DNA of 64,000 nucleotides from Candidatus Eiseniibacteriota bacterium (GTDB lineage Bacteria; Eisenbacteria; RBG-16-71-46; CAZAMP01): NCBI GenBank assembly GCA_965224245.1, contig OZ245046.1, positions 2,304,001 to 2,368,000 of the forward strand, read 5' to 3'. Shown piece by piece: positions 19,136 to 27,595 of this stretch (position 1 is its first letter; each line of letters starts with the position of its first letter). The notes under the pieces were generated by a model. It saw only the letters and a program-made list of their open reading frames with translations, ran no database searches and was not told where the DNA came from. The position numbers and the translations under genes were made by a program.

Positions 19136-20200
19136 GTGCGCATCCTGCACCGAAGCGCGCCCACGCTGCCCGAGCTGACCGAGCCGTCCCGCGGGCAGGT
19201 CCTGGCCGTGATCTCGGCCATCGGGTACACCCTCCTCGTGCTGGCGGGCACGCTCTATCCGTTCCGGTTCGCCGAGCCCCGACACGTTCGCGACCTTCGG
19301 AATCCGGCACCGGCGTGGTCCGAGAACGGCATGACGTTTCACGGCACCGGGATGTTCTCGCTCGGTCGCAAGAGCCCCGAGCTCGTCGACGCGGTTCGTG
19401 ACGCGGGCGTGTTCGGCGTGCACGTCGAGCTACGGACCGCCGACGACGAGCGACGCCCCCGCCGGATCGTCTCGCTCGAGGCCTCGCCGTATCGACCGGC
19501 GTTCACCCTCAGTCAGGTCGGGGATGCGCTCCGCCTCCGGATCGGCGGCGAGAACGCGACCACCAACGACTACATCTTCTGGGACGTGTTGCCCGACTCG
19601 GTCTGGTCGGACGTGTGGATCACGGTCGCCCCGGACTCGGTGCGCGCGTGGCACGACGGCCGCGTCGTCGCGGGCCACCGCACCGTGGGCTTCGCCCCCG
19701 ACAGCTGGCCCGACGACCCGTTCCTCGTGGCCGGCAACGACACCAACGGCGAGGTCGGATGGGAGGGCGACCTCGCCGTGCTCGCCCTCTTCGCTCCCGA
19801 CGCGGCGGATCTCCCCGATCGCCTGGAGCCGATCTTCCTCGCGGACGGACGCGCGAACCGGCGGCCGCCGGCGTGGGAGCCGCACAAGACCGACGTGCGC
19901 GGTCGCACGGCCGATGCGCCCTGGTCGCTGGTGCCGTTCAGCGAGCCCGCCGATCGGGCGTGGGCGCGGCACGACTGGATCCAGAACCTCGTGCTGTTCG
20001 TCCCCCTCGGGATGATCCTCTCCGGGCTCGGGTGGCGGATCTGGGTGGTCGCCCTGGCGTGCCTCGGTCTGAGCGCGGGCATCGAGCTGACGCAGGTGTT
20101 CCTGCCGCTCCGCCACACCCAGGCCACCGACGTCGTGCTGAACACGCTCGGCGGCGCCCTCGGTGCGTTCATGCTCACCTCCACGGCGCGACGCGCTTGA
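19136..20200 (+). CDS. VanZ-family membrane protein with an inserted LamG-like domain
   Basis: TLYPFRF...; LVAGND..GWEGDL; DWIQNLVLFVPLG, IELTQVFLPLR, DVVLNTLGG. Confidence 0.75.
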   Translation: MRILHRSAPTLPELTEPSRGQVLAVISAIGYTLLVLAGTLYPFRFAEPRHVRDLRNPAPAWSENGMTFHGTGMFSLGRKSPELVDAVRDAGVFGVHVELRTADDERRPRRIVSLEASPYRPAFTLSQVGDALRLRIGGENATTNDYIFWDVLPDSVWSDVWITVAPDSVRAWHDGRVVAGHRTVGFAPDSWPDDPFLVAGNDTNGEVGWEGDLAVLALFAPDAADLPDRLEPIFLADGRANRRPPAWEPHKTDVRGRTADAPWSLVPFSEPADRAWARHDWIQNLVLFVPLGMILSGLGWRIWVVALACLGLSAGIELTQVFLPLRHTQATDVVLNTLGGALGAFMLTSTARRA

Positions 20201-20329
20201 CCCGACCGAGGCACGCTCCCTAGGATCCGACGCACGCGTATTCCGAGTCGGTCCACTCTCGCGAGGACGGTTCTCATCTCGACGTTCGCTCTCGCCCGTC
20301 TCGGCCGTCTCGCGCGGCGATGGCGGGAC

Positions 20330-21292
20330 GTGCCCACGCTGCTCTCGCTGATGCTGATCGCGACCCTCGGCTGCCCGTCGTCGCCCGACTCGTCGCCGCC
20401 CGGACAGGTCGACCTGGAGCGGAGCCCGGCCGCGTCGCGCACCTATCGCGACGCGATCCAGGGTCTCCGGCTCGGCGGACCGGATGCGCGCGCGGCGCTG
20501 GACTCGCTCGACGCGCTGTCGCGCCGCTATCCCGCGGCCGTGCGGCTGCGAAACGTGCTGCACAACGCGCACCTCGAGCGCGCGGACTGGGGCGCGGCCA
20601 TCGACGTGTTCGTGCGCTCGGCGGTCGAGCTGTCCCCCGACGACGAGCACCATCTCGGCAAGCTCTACGCGAAGGCCGGCCGGTTCGACGACGCGATCGC
20701 GCGGCTGGCGCCGCTCCACGAGCCCGCGCTCGCGGCCGGCCGCGCGGAGGACCCGGACCTGGCGCGCGATCTGGCCCAGGCCTATCTGGGCGCCGCCCGC
20801 TACGACGAGGCCGCGGCCTGCCTCGAATCGGCGTGGGCATCGCTTCGCACCGATCGGGACGCGCTCCGCATGCGCGGCCTGATCGCGTTCTATCGCGGCG
20901 ATCACGAGGCGGCGCTACGGGATCTGAACGCGTGCGTGGAGCGGGCGCCGGACTGGGGGCCGGGCCACTACGCGCTCGGACGCGTGCTCGCCGCCGCCGG
21001 CGACACTGACGGCGCGCGACGCCACATGGCGCGCTTCGAAGCGCTCTCCGGCGCGTCGACCGCCGAGACGAACCGTCAGATGTGGCTGAGCGGACGCTCG
21101 ATCGAGCTGACCGAGGCGCTCCGGTCCCGGCGCTGGGCCGCGTCGGAGCGCATCGCGCGCGAGATGATCGAGGCGGCCGACGACTCGCTCAAGGTCCAGC
21201 TGTACCAGGCTCTGGCCCACGCGCTCCGCGAGGACGGACGGACGGAGGAAGCCCTGAAGGCACTCCTTGCGGCCGAGGAGCTGAGGCGATGA
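20330..21292 (+). CDS. TPR-repeat protein (possible lipoprotein)
   Basis: IATLGC lipobox-like; helical TPR units (LGKLYAKAGRFDDA, HYALGRVL). Confidence 0.7.
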   Translation: MPTLLSLMLIATLGCPSSPDSSPPGQVDLERSPAASRTYRDAIQGLRLGGPDARAALDSLDALSRRYPAAVRLRNVLHNAHLERADWGAAIDVFVRSAVELSPDDEHHLGKLYAKAGRFDDAIARLAPLHEPALAAGRAEDPDLARDLAQAYLGAARYDEAAACLESAWASLRTDRDALRMRGLIAFYRGDHEAALRDLNACVERAPDWGPGHYALGRVLAAAGDTDGARRHMARFEALSGASTAETNRQMWLSGRSIELTEALRSRRWAASERIAREMIEAADDSLKVQLYQALAHALREDGRTEEALKALLAAEELRR

Positions 21293-23028
21293 GGCGCAGC
21301 CACGGCCGCGGGGGCGCCGGCCCACCGATCCTCTGTGTCGCGTTCGTCGCGCTGGTCACGGCCCCGGGCTGCGGCGGTACCGAGGACGACGCGGCGCCGG
21401 CCGGGGCGCCGGCGGCCGGACCGTTCACGTTCGTCGACGCCACGACGGCCTGGGGCCTCCGGGCGACGCATCATCCCCATCGGAGCGAGAGCCGGCACCT
21501 GCCCGAGATCATGGGTTCGGGGCTCGCGGTCGCGGACGTGAACCGCGACGGCGCGCCGGACCTCCTCGTCGTCGACTCGGGGCCACTCGAGCCCCTGGAC
21601 GAGGGTGGCGGAGAGACCCGCGTGTTCCTGAACGACGGTCGCGGCCGGCTCACCGACGGTGGTGACGCGTGGACGATGCGCCACGGCTACGGCATGGGCA
21701 TCGCCGTGGGCGACGTTGACGGCGACGGGTGGATCGACGCCTTCGTGACCACGTACGGCGCCCGGGATCGGCTCTTTCGCAACACGGGCTCGGGCTTCGT
21801 CGACGTGAGCGACGCGTGGTCGGTGCCCCGTTCCACCGAGTGGAGCACCAGCGCGGGGTTCCTGGACGCGGACGCCGACGGCGATCTCGACCTCTACGTC
21901 GCCCGCTACATCGCGTACGACCTGGCCACGGCCGTGAAATGCTACCAGAACCGCATCCACATCTACTGCACGCCCGATCTCTTCGACGCGGCGCCCGACG
22001 TCCTCCTCCGCAACGACGGCGGTCGATTCGTGAGCGACCCCGGGGCGCTCGACGCCGGCGAGGCCGGAAAGGGGCTCGCGATCTGGATCGGCGACGTCGA
22101 CCTGGACGGCGACGCGGACGTCTACGTCGCGAACGATCAGACACGCAACAACCTCCATCTGGGAAACGGCGACGGGACGTTCGACGACGTGGGCCTCGTC
22201 TCGGGCGCCGGCTACAGCGAGGAGGGGAACGAGCAGGCCGGCATGGGCGCCGACGCGACGGACGTGGACGGCGACGGCCGGCTCGACCTGGTCTGCACCA
22301 ACTTCCAGGGCGAGACGAACGCGCTCTACCTCCAGCTCGCGCCGGGGTGGTTCCGCGAGATGTCGGACGCGCTCGGGATCGGCGTGACCAGCCGCACGCA
22401 CCTCGGCTTCGGTGTCGACTTCTTCGACGCCGACAACGACGGCGACGAGGACCTGATGGTCGCGAACGGACACATCGACGACCGCGTCGAGGAGCACACG
22501 ACCGGGGTCGGATTCGCTCAGCGAAACCTCCTGTTCGCGCTCGAGGACGGTCGGTTTCGCGACGTGACCGACACGTCCGGGCCCGCGCTCTCGGACCTGA
22601 AGGTCTCGCGGGGTCTCGTCACCGCGGACTTCGACGGCGACGGGGATCTCGACGTCGCGTGCTCGAACAACGGCGGCCCCGTGCAGCTCTTGCGCAACGA
22701 CACGCCGGGCGGCGGCCGGTTCGTCGGACTGTGGCTCGAGGGCACCTCGACCAACCGCTCGGCCATCGGGGCCGTGCTCGACATCCAGATCGGAGACGAC
22801 ACGATCCATCGCCAGGTCCACGGGGCCGGCAGCTACCTCTCGGTTCCCGACCTGCGCGTGCACGTGGGGCTCGGCGACGCCCCCCGGATCGACCGTCTCG
22901 TGATCCACTGGCCGGGCGGCGAGGATCAGACGATCGAAGCGCTCGACGCGGATGCGTACTACCGCATCGTCGAGGGCCGCCTGTCCGAGCCGTTCACGCC
23001 CGGGGCCGGGGTCGTACCGCCCGGGTAG
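21289..23028 (+). CDS. CRTAC1/ASPIC-UnbV family FG-GAP protein
   Basis: LPEIMGSG, repeated DxDGDG, SNNGGP..LLRN, NRSAIGA, GSYLS...VHVGLG, IHWPGG. ATGA overlap with the TPR gene. Confidence 0.88.
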   Translation: MRRSHGRGGAGPPILCVAFVALVTAPGCGGTEDDAAPAGAPAAGPFTFVDATTAWGLRATHHPHRSESRHLPEIMGSGLAVADVNRDGAPDLLVVDSGPLEPLDEGGGETRVFLNDGRGRLTDGGDAWTMRHGYGMGIAVGDVDGDGWIDAFVTTYGARDRLFRNTGSGFVDVSDAWSVPRSTEWSTSAGFLDADADGDLDLYVARYIAYDLATAVKCYQNRIHIYCTPDLFDAAPDVLLRNDGGRFVSDPGALDAGEAGKGLAIWIGDVDLDGDADVYVANDQTRNNLHLGNGDGTFDDVGLVSGAGYSEEGNEQAGMGADATDVDGDGRLDLVCTNFQGETNALYLQLAPGWFREMSDALGIGVTSRTHLGFGVDFFDADNDGDEDLMVANGHIDDRVEEHTTGVGFAQRNLLFALEDGRFRDVTDTSGPALSDLKVSRGLVTADFDGDGDLDVACSNNGGPVQLLRNDTPGGGRFVGLWLEGTSTNRSAIGAVLDIQIGDDTIHRQVHGAGSYLSVPDLRVHVGLGDAPRIDRLVIHWPGGEDQTIEALDADAYYRIVEGRLSEPFTPGAGVVPPG

Positions 23029-23132
23029 CCCTCACGGCCGGCCCGCCACTCGCGCCGCCTCGCGCCTCTTGGCGCCTCTTGCGCGCCTCCTCCCGTCTCC
23101 GACCCCTCGCGACCGCAGGTACCCGATGCGCG

Positions 23133-23158
23133 CCACATGATGCCATTGCATCATGTGG
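23133..23158. promoter_or_regulatory. perfect 11-bp inverted repeat (CCACATGATGC-CATT-GCATCATGTGG)
   Basis: Seen directly; intergenic, upstream of the cytolysin-like gene; no U-tract. Confidence 0.5.
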
Positions 23159-23379
23159 GGTGCCGCACGATCCCCCTAGACTCCGGCTAACGTTCGGTCG
23201 AGATCGACGAGGAGCGCCCCTTCGCCGCTCGTCCCGAACCGCGTTCGCGGCTCGCCGACGGCGCGATCGCCACCGATGCCGCGACTCCGACTCCCGGGGG
23301 CCCACGCACGCGTGCGTTCAAACGTCGCACGACTCGCGGGTCGGTCCCGGTGACCAGCTCTTGCGGAAGGAGACGACCC

Positions 23380-25065
23380 GTGCTCACCCTGACGCGGCGC
23401 GACCGCACCCTCACCGTGGCGGCGACGCTCGCCGTCCTCGCACCCCTGGCCGGGTGCGGAGACGACAACGACACCGTCGAGCCCGACAGACCGATGACGT
23501 TCGCGGCCGCCGTGGCGGAGGGCGGTACATACGAACGCGTGACCCCATCGGATGAGACCGAGACACTCGACCCGGAATCCTACATGGACCCGGACGGCAC
23601 CGTCTGGGAGTGCGACGTCGTCCATCACAGCATCGTGGACGCGCCCGACGACTACCACACGTTCAATCCCAACGCCGACGTGATCTACGCCGGCGCGCTC
23701 CTGCAGGGCGCCACGATCCACCAGGCCAACCCCACGCCGATCGCGGTTCCGAGAGGCCCCGGAACCGTGGTGATCAACTCGACCAACGGCGACGAGATCA
23801 CCGACGTGGACGTGGACGAGGTGTCGCTGTCCGACATCACGACCGCGGTCAACACGCTCATCGCCCAGCACAGCGGCAGCCTCCCCACGCGACTGTCGCT
23901 CGACATCGAGCACGTCTGCTCCTTCGAGGAGCTGGCGCTTCGTCTGGGCGTGAACGTCAGCACGATGACCGTGGACTGCCGGACCCAGCTGTCGTTCTCC
24001 ACCGATCGCCAGTACAACCGCTACGTCGTGAAGCTGACCCAGCAGTACTACACGATCATGTTCGAGACGCCGACGTCGCTGGCCGCCTTCTTCGCGCCGG
24101 AGGCGACCCCCGAGCAGCTGGCCGGGTACATCTCGCCGGGCAACCCGGCGACGTACATCTCGTCGGTCACCTACGGGCGCGCGTTCTACCTGCTCGTGGA
24201 ATCGACCGCGACCCGGCAAGAGATGGAGGCCGCGCTCGATCTGACCTACGGCAACATCGTCGACGTCGACGTGGAGGCGGACGCCAACTGGGTGCGCGAG
24301 CTGTCGGACTCCAAGCTCCACATGTTCGTCATGGGCGGCGACTCCCCCGGACAGGTCCTGGCGCTGTTCCAGGGCGACATCTCGTCGCTGGAGGACTTCA
24401 TCGTCAACGGCGGCGACGTCGAGACGGGGGTCCCGCTCTCGTACACGCTGCGGAACCTCCTCGACAACTCCGCGGTCGCGGTGAAGGTTGCCACCGAGTA
24501 CGACCTGCCCGACTGCTCCATCATCACCCTCGGGGATCGGACGAGCACCTTCGAGAGCAGCTCCCGTGACGGCTGGCACACCTACGGCGGTGCCGGCAGC
24601 CTCACGTGCTCGAACGACCCGGACGGCGGTCACGGCTACTACCTCCAAGCGGAGGACACCCTGCCCTACGAGTGGTGGTTCTTCGCAGCTCCGTCGAAGT
24701 TCAGGGGCAACTGGAGCGATCTGATCGGCGGGACGCTGTCGTACTATCTCTGGGTCAGCGGACCCGATCCCGACCGGACGCAGCCGGACGTGGTCATCGC
24801 GGGCGTGAACGGACGTAGCCTCTGGTTCCGCTTCGCCGATCAGCCCCTGGACTACCCCGATCAACTGGGCTTCAAGCGATACGACATCGTCCTGGACACG
24901 TCGTTCGCGTGGCAATACTACGAGCCGGGAGCCGACCCGCGACTGGCCACCGACGCGGACATCGCGCTGGTGCTGGAGAACGTGGATGCCCTGCGCCTCC
25001 GCGGCGAGTACATCAGCGGAGCCGACTGGGCCCGCATCGACGAGGTCATGCTCCGGCGGCGCTGA
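23380..25065 (+). CDS. thiol-activated cytolysin-like (CDCL) lipoprotein with C-terminal laminin B (domain IV)-like domain
   Basis: AAGGAG RBS and GTG; LAGC lipobox; IYAGALLQG, QQYYTI, YISSVTYGR, GVPLSYTLRNL; tail FAAPSKFRGN..GGTLSY..PDVVIAG..VLENVDALRLRGEY. Confidence 0.8.
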   Translation: MLTLTRRDRTLTVAATLAVLAPLAGCGDDNDTVEPDRPMTFAAAVAEGGTYERVTPSDETETLDPESYMDPDGTVWECDVVHHSIVDAPDDYHTFNPNADVIYAGALLQGATIHQANPTPIAVPRGPGTVVINSTNGDEITDVDVDEVSLSDITTAVNTLIAQHSGSLPTRLSLDIEHVCSFEELALRLGVNVSTMTVDCRTQLSFSTDRQYNRYVVKLTQQYYTIMFETPTSLAAFFAPEATPEQLAGYISPGNPATYISSVTYGRAFYLLVESTATRQEMEAALDLTYGNIVDVDVEADANWVRELSDSKLHMFVMGGDSPGQVLALFQGDISSLEDFIVNGGDVETGVPLSYTLRNLLDNSAVAVKVATEYDLPDCSIITLGDRTSTFESSSRDGWHTYGGAGSLTCSNDPDGGHGYYLQAEDTLPYEWWFFAAPSKFRGNWSDLIGGTLSYYLWVSGPDPDRTQPDVVIAGVNGRSLWFRFADQPLDYPDQLGFKRYDIVLDTSFAWQYYEPGADPRLATDADIALVLENVDALRLRGEYISGADWARIDEVMLRRR

Positions 25066-25100
25066 GCCGACACGGCGCTCGCGGCGGCAGCGCGGCCGCC

Positions 25101-25129
25101 TTTACCGCCGCGAGCGCAGGGGCTACTCT
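25101..25129 (+). promoter_or_regulatory. putative sigma70 promoter TTTACC-N17-TACTCT
   Basis: 17-nt spacing, about 85 nt upstream of the MmgE/PrpD gene. Confidence 0.3.
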
Positions 25130-25213
25130 TCTCGGCTCTCCCGGGGGCCCTCTTCGGCACACCGCGCCGGCCCGCGGGTGATCTTCGTCTTCCGCATTCA
25201 GGAGATCGACACG

Positions 25214-26596
25214 ATGTCCGACGTGAGCCTGTCCCGTCAGATCGCCCGCTACGCGGCGGCCCTGTCCTACGACGACCTCTCGCCCGAGGTCGTCGAGTGC
25301 ACGAAGCGCTTCCTCTACGACTCCCTGGGCTGCGCCTTCGGCGGGTACGGCACCGAGGACGTGCGCATCATGCTCGACCTGATCGGCGAGCAGAAGGCGG
25401 TGCCCGAGTGCACGATCTTCGGCTCCGGCGAGAGATCCTCGGCCACGCTGGCCGGGCTGGCCAACGCGCTGATGATCCGCGCGCTCGACTTCAACGACAT
25501 CTACTGGAAGGAAGACCCCAGCCACCCGTCGGACATCATGCCCGCGGCGTTCTCGGCCGGCGAGAAGATGCACGCGTCCGGCAAGGATCTCATCACCGCG
25601 ATCGTCCTCGCCTACGAGATCGAGATGCGCCTGTGCAAGTTCGCCAAGCCCGGCATCCGCGAGCGCAAGTGGCACCACGCGTCCCTCACCCAGCTCGTCT
25701 CGCCGCTCGTGGCCGGCAAGCTCCTCGGCCTGACCGAGGATCAGCTCGTGCACGCCGTCGGCATCAACGCGTCGCACTGCTACTCCCCCGGCGTGGTCGC
25801 CGCCGGACACCTGACGATGATGAAGAACACGGTCGACCCCATGTCCACGTCCGACGGCATCTGGGCCGCGCTGATGGCCGGGAAGGGCTACCACGGTCCC
25901 GAGGAGATCTACGAGGGCAAGGAGTCCTTCATGGACGTCATGGGGCCCGGCTGGGACGTCGAGGAGCTCGTGGGCGGTCTCGGCACCGAGACGCCTCGCA
26001 TCCTCGAGTGCTCGATGAAGGCGTTCCCGTGCGAGGCGCTGAGCCACACTCACATCACCGCCACGCTGAAGGTGTTCCTGGAGAACGACATCCAGCCCGA
26101 GGACATCGAGAAGGTCACCGTGACCACGATCGCCAGGGCCTGCGACATCCTCTTCGATCCCACGAAGTACACGCCGAAGACGCGCGAGACGGCCGATCAC
26201 TCGCTCCCCTACTGCATCGCGGCCGCGATCGTGGACCGGAAGATCACCACGCAGCAGTTCGACGAGTCACGCATCAACGACCCCGTGATCCAGGGCACGC
26301 TGCCGAAGATCGTGGGCAAGGCGTCCGAGGAGTTCGAGCGGGCGTTCCCCGAGAAGCAGATGTCGCACGTGAAGGTCGAGCTGACCGACGGCCGGACGTT
26401 CGAGGCCTCCAACGACTTTCCCAAGGGCGATCCCCGCGAGCCGATGACGATGCGGGACCTCGACGACAAGTTCCGCTCCCTGGCCGCGCCGTTCTGCACC
26501 GACGCGAAGATGGACGCGCTGAAGACGGCGATCTGGGATCTGGAGTCGGTCCCGGACTGCGGCGACTTCCTGGGGCTCTTCGTCGCCGACATGTAG
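25214..26596 (+). CDS. prpD: MmgE/PrpD family protein (2-methylcitrate dehydratase-like)
   Basis: AGGAG RBS; RALDFND, SHPSD, LAYEI, MKAFP, ETADHSLPY, PKGDPR. Confidence 0.8.
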   Translation: MSDVSLSRQIARYAAALSYDDLSPEVVECTKRFLYDSLGCAFGGYGTEDVRIMLDLIGEQKAVPECTIFGSGERSSATLAGLANALMIRALDFNDIYWKEDPSHPSDIMPAAFSAGEKMHASGKDLITAIVLAYEIEMRLCKFAKPGIRERKWHHASLTQLVSPLVAGKLLGLTEDQLVHAVGINASHCYSPGVVAAGHLTMMKNTVDPMSTSDGIWAALMAGKGYHGPEEIYEGKESFMDVMGPGWDVEELVGGLGTETPRILECSMKAFPCEALSHTHITATLKVFLENDIQPEDIEKVTVTTIARACDILFDPTKYTPKTRETADHSLPYCIAAAIVDRKITTQQFDESRINDPVIQGTLPKIVGKASEEFERAFPEKQMSHVKVELTDGRTFEASNDFPKGDPREPMTMRDLDDKFRSLAAPFCTDAKMDALKTAIWDLESVPDCGDFLGLFVADM

Positions 26597-26600
26597 CGGC

Positions 26601-27392
26601 GTGGCGTTTCGCACCCCCGAGACCGATCGCCCGCCCGCCGGTGAGCGGAGTCGGATCACGCGTCTCGGGCGCTGGTGCTATCGGTGGCGGAGCTATCTGC
26701 CGCTCGTCCTGATTCCGCTCTGGCTCGATGCGCTGTTCGCGGCGGAACCGGCCTCGAGCCCGGACGCCGCCGCCATACCCGTGAGCGCCGTCGGCGTGGG
26801 GCGCGCGCTGGCGATCGGGATCGCCGCGCTCGGGCTCCTCCTTCGCGCGTTCGCGGCGGGAACGCGTCCGGCGAAGACGTCCGATCGGCTCGTCTCTCGC
26901 TATCAGGCCGGCGAGCTGAACGTCACGGGCCTCTACTCGCTGGCGCGCCATCCGATCTACGTCGCGAATGCCTGCGTGCTGCTGGGGGTGGCGGCCATTC
27001 CCATGTCGGCGCTCCCCGTCCTGGCGGCGGCGCTCTACGCGGTGATCGCGTACGGCTCGATGGCCGCGGCGGAGGATGCGTTCCTGCGGGAGCGCTTCGG
27101 GCGCCGACACGAGGAGTGGGCCGCGCAGACGCCGCGCTTCGGACTCGCGTGGAGGTCGTGGCGCCCACCATCGCTCCCGTTCGAGCTCCGCTCGGCACTG
27201 CGACGCGAGTACTCGACGTGGCTGGCGTTCGTGCTCGTCCTCGTGGTGGTGCGGTCGGCGTCCCATACCTACGAGAGCCTGACCGCGCGCCTCGCCGACG
27301 CGGCCCCGTGGACCCTCGCGGCACTGGCGAGCGCCACGCTCGTGAAGATCGTGAAGTATCGAACCCGATGGCTGCACGTCGACGGACGATGA
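26601..27392 (+). CDS. ICMT/PEMT-family membrane methyltransferase, lipid A phosphate methyltransferase-like
   Basis: YRWRSYLPL, LNVTGLYSLARHPIYVAN, EDAFLRERFG, LRREY. Confidence 0.7.
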   Translation: MAFRTPETDRPPAGERSRITRLGRWCYRWRSYLPLVLIPLWLDALFAAEPASSPDAAAIPVSAVGVGRALAIGIAALGLLLRAFAAGTRPAKTSDRLVSRYQAGELNVTGLYSLARHPIYVANACVLLGVAAIPMSALPVLAAALYAVIAYGSMAAAEDAFLRERFGRRHEEWAAQTPRFGLAWRSWRPPSLPFELRSALRREYSTWLAFVLVLVVVRSASHTYESLTARLADAAPWTLAALASATLVKIVKYRTRWLHVDGR

Positions 27393-27595
27393 GGTCGTCC
27401 GTGCTCGTGTGCGCGCACGAGTCGATGCGAGAGGAGCGTGGGATCCGACGGCCGGACCACCAAACTTGCCTATCCTCGGACGATTCCGCGTATACTGTGC
27501 ATCCTACCCCTCCTGATCGGCCGATTGGGGCATCGTCGGCAAGACTCACCGCGCCGGGGCCCACCGCTCCGCGAGCGCGCCAGGAGGAGGATTGC

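Noticed and set aside
23380-25065. Classical cholesterol-dependent cytolysin
   Set aside because: No domain-4 undecapeptide; it has a lipoprotein signal and an unrelated C-terminal domain.
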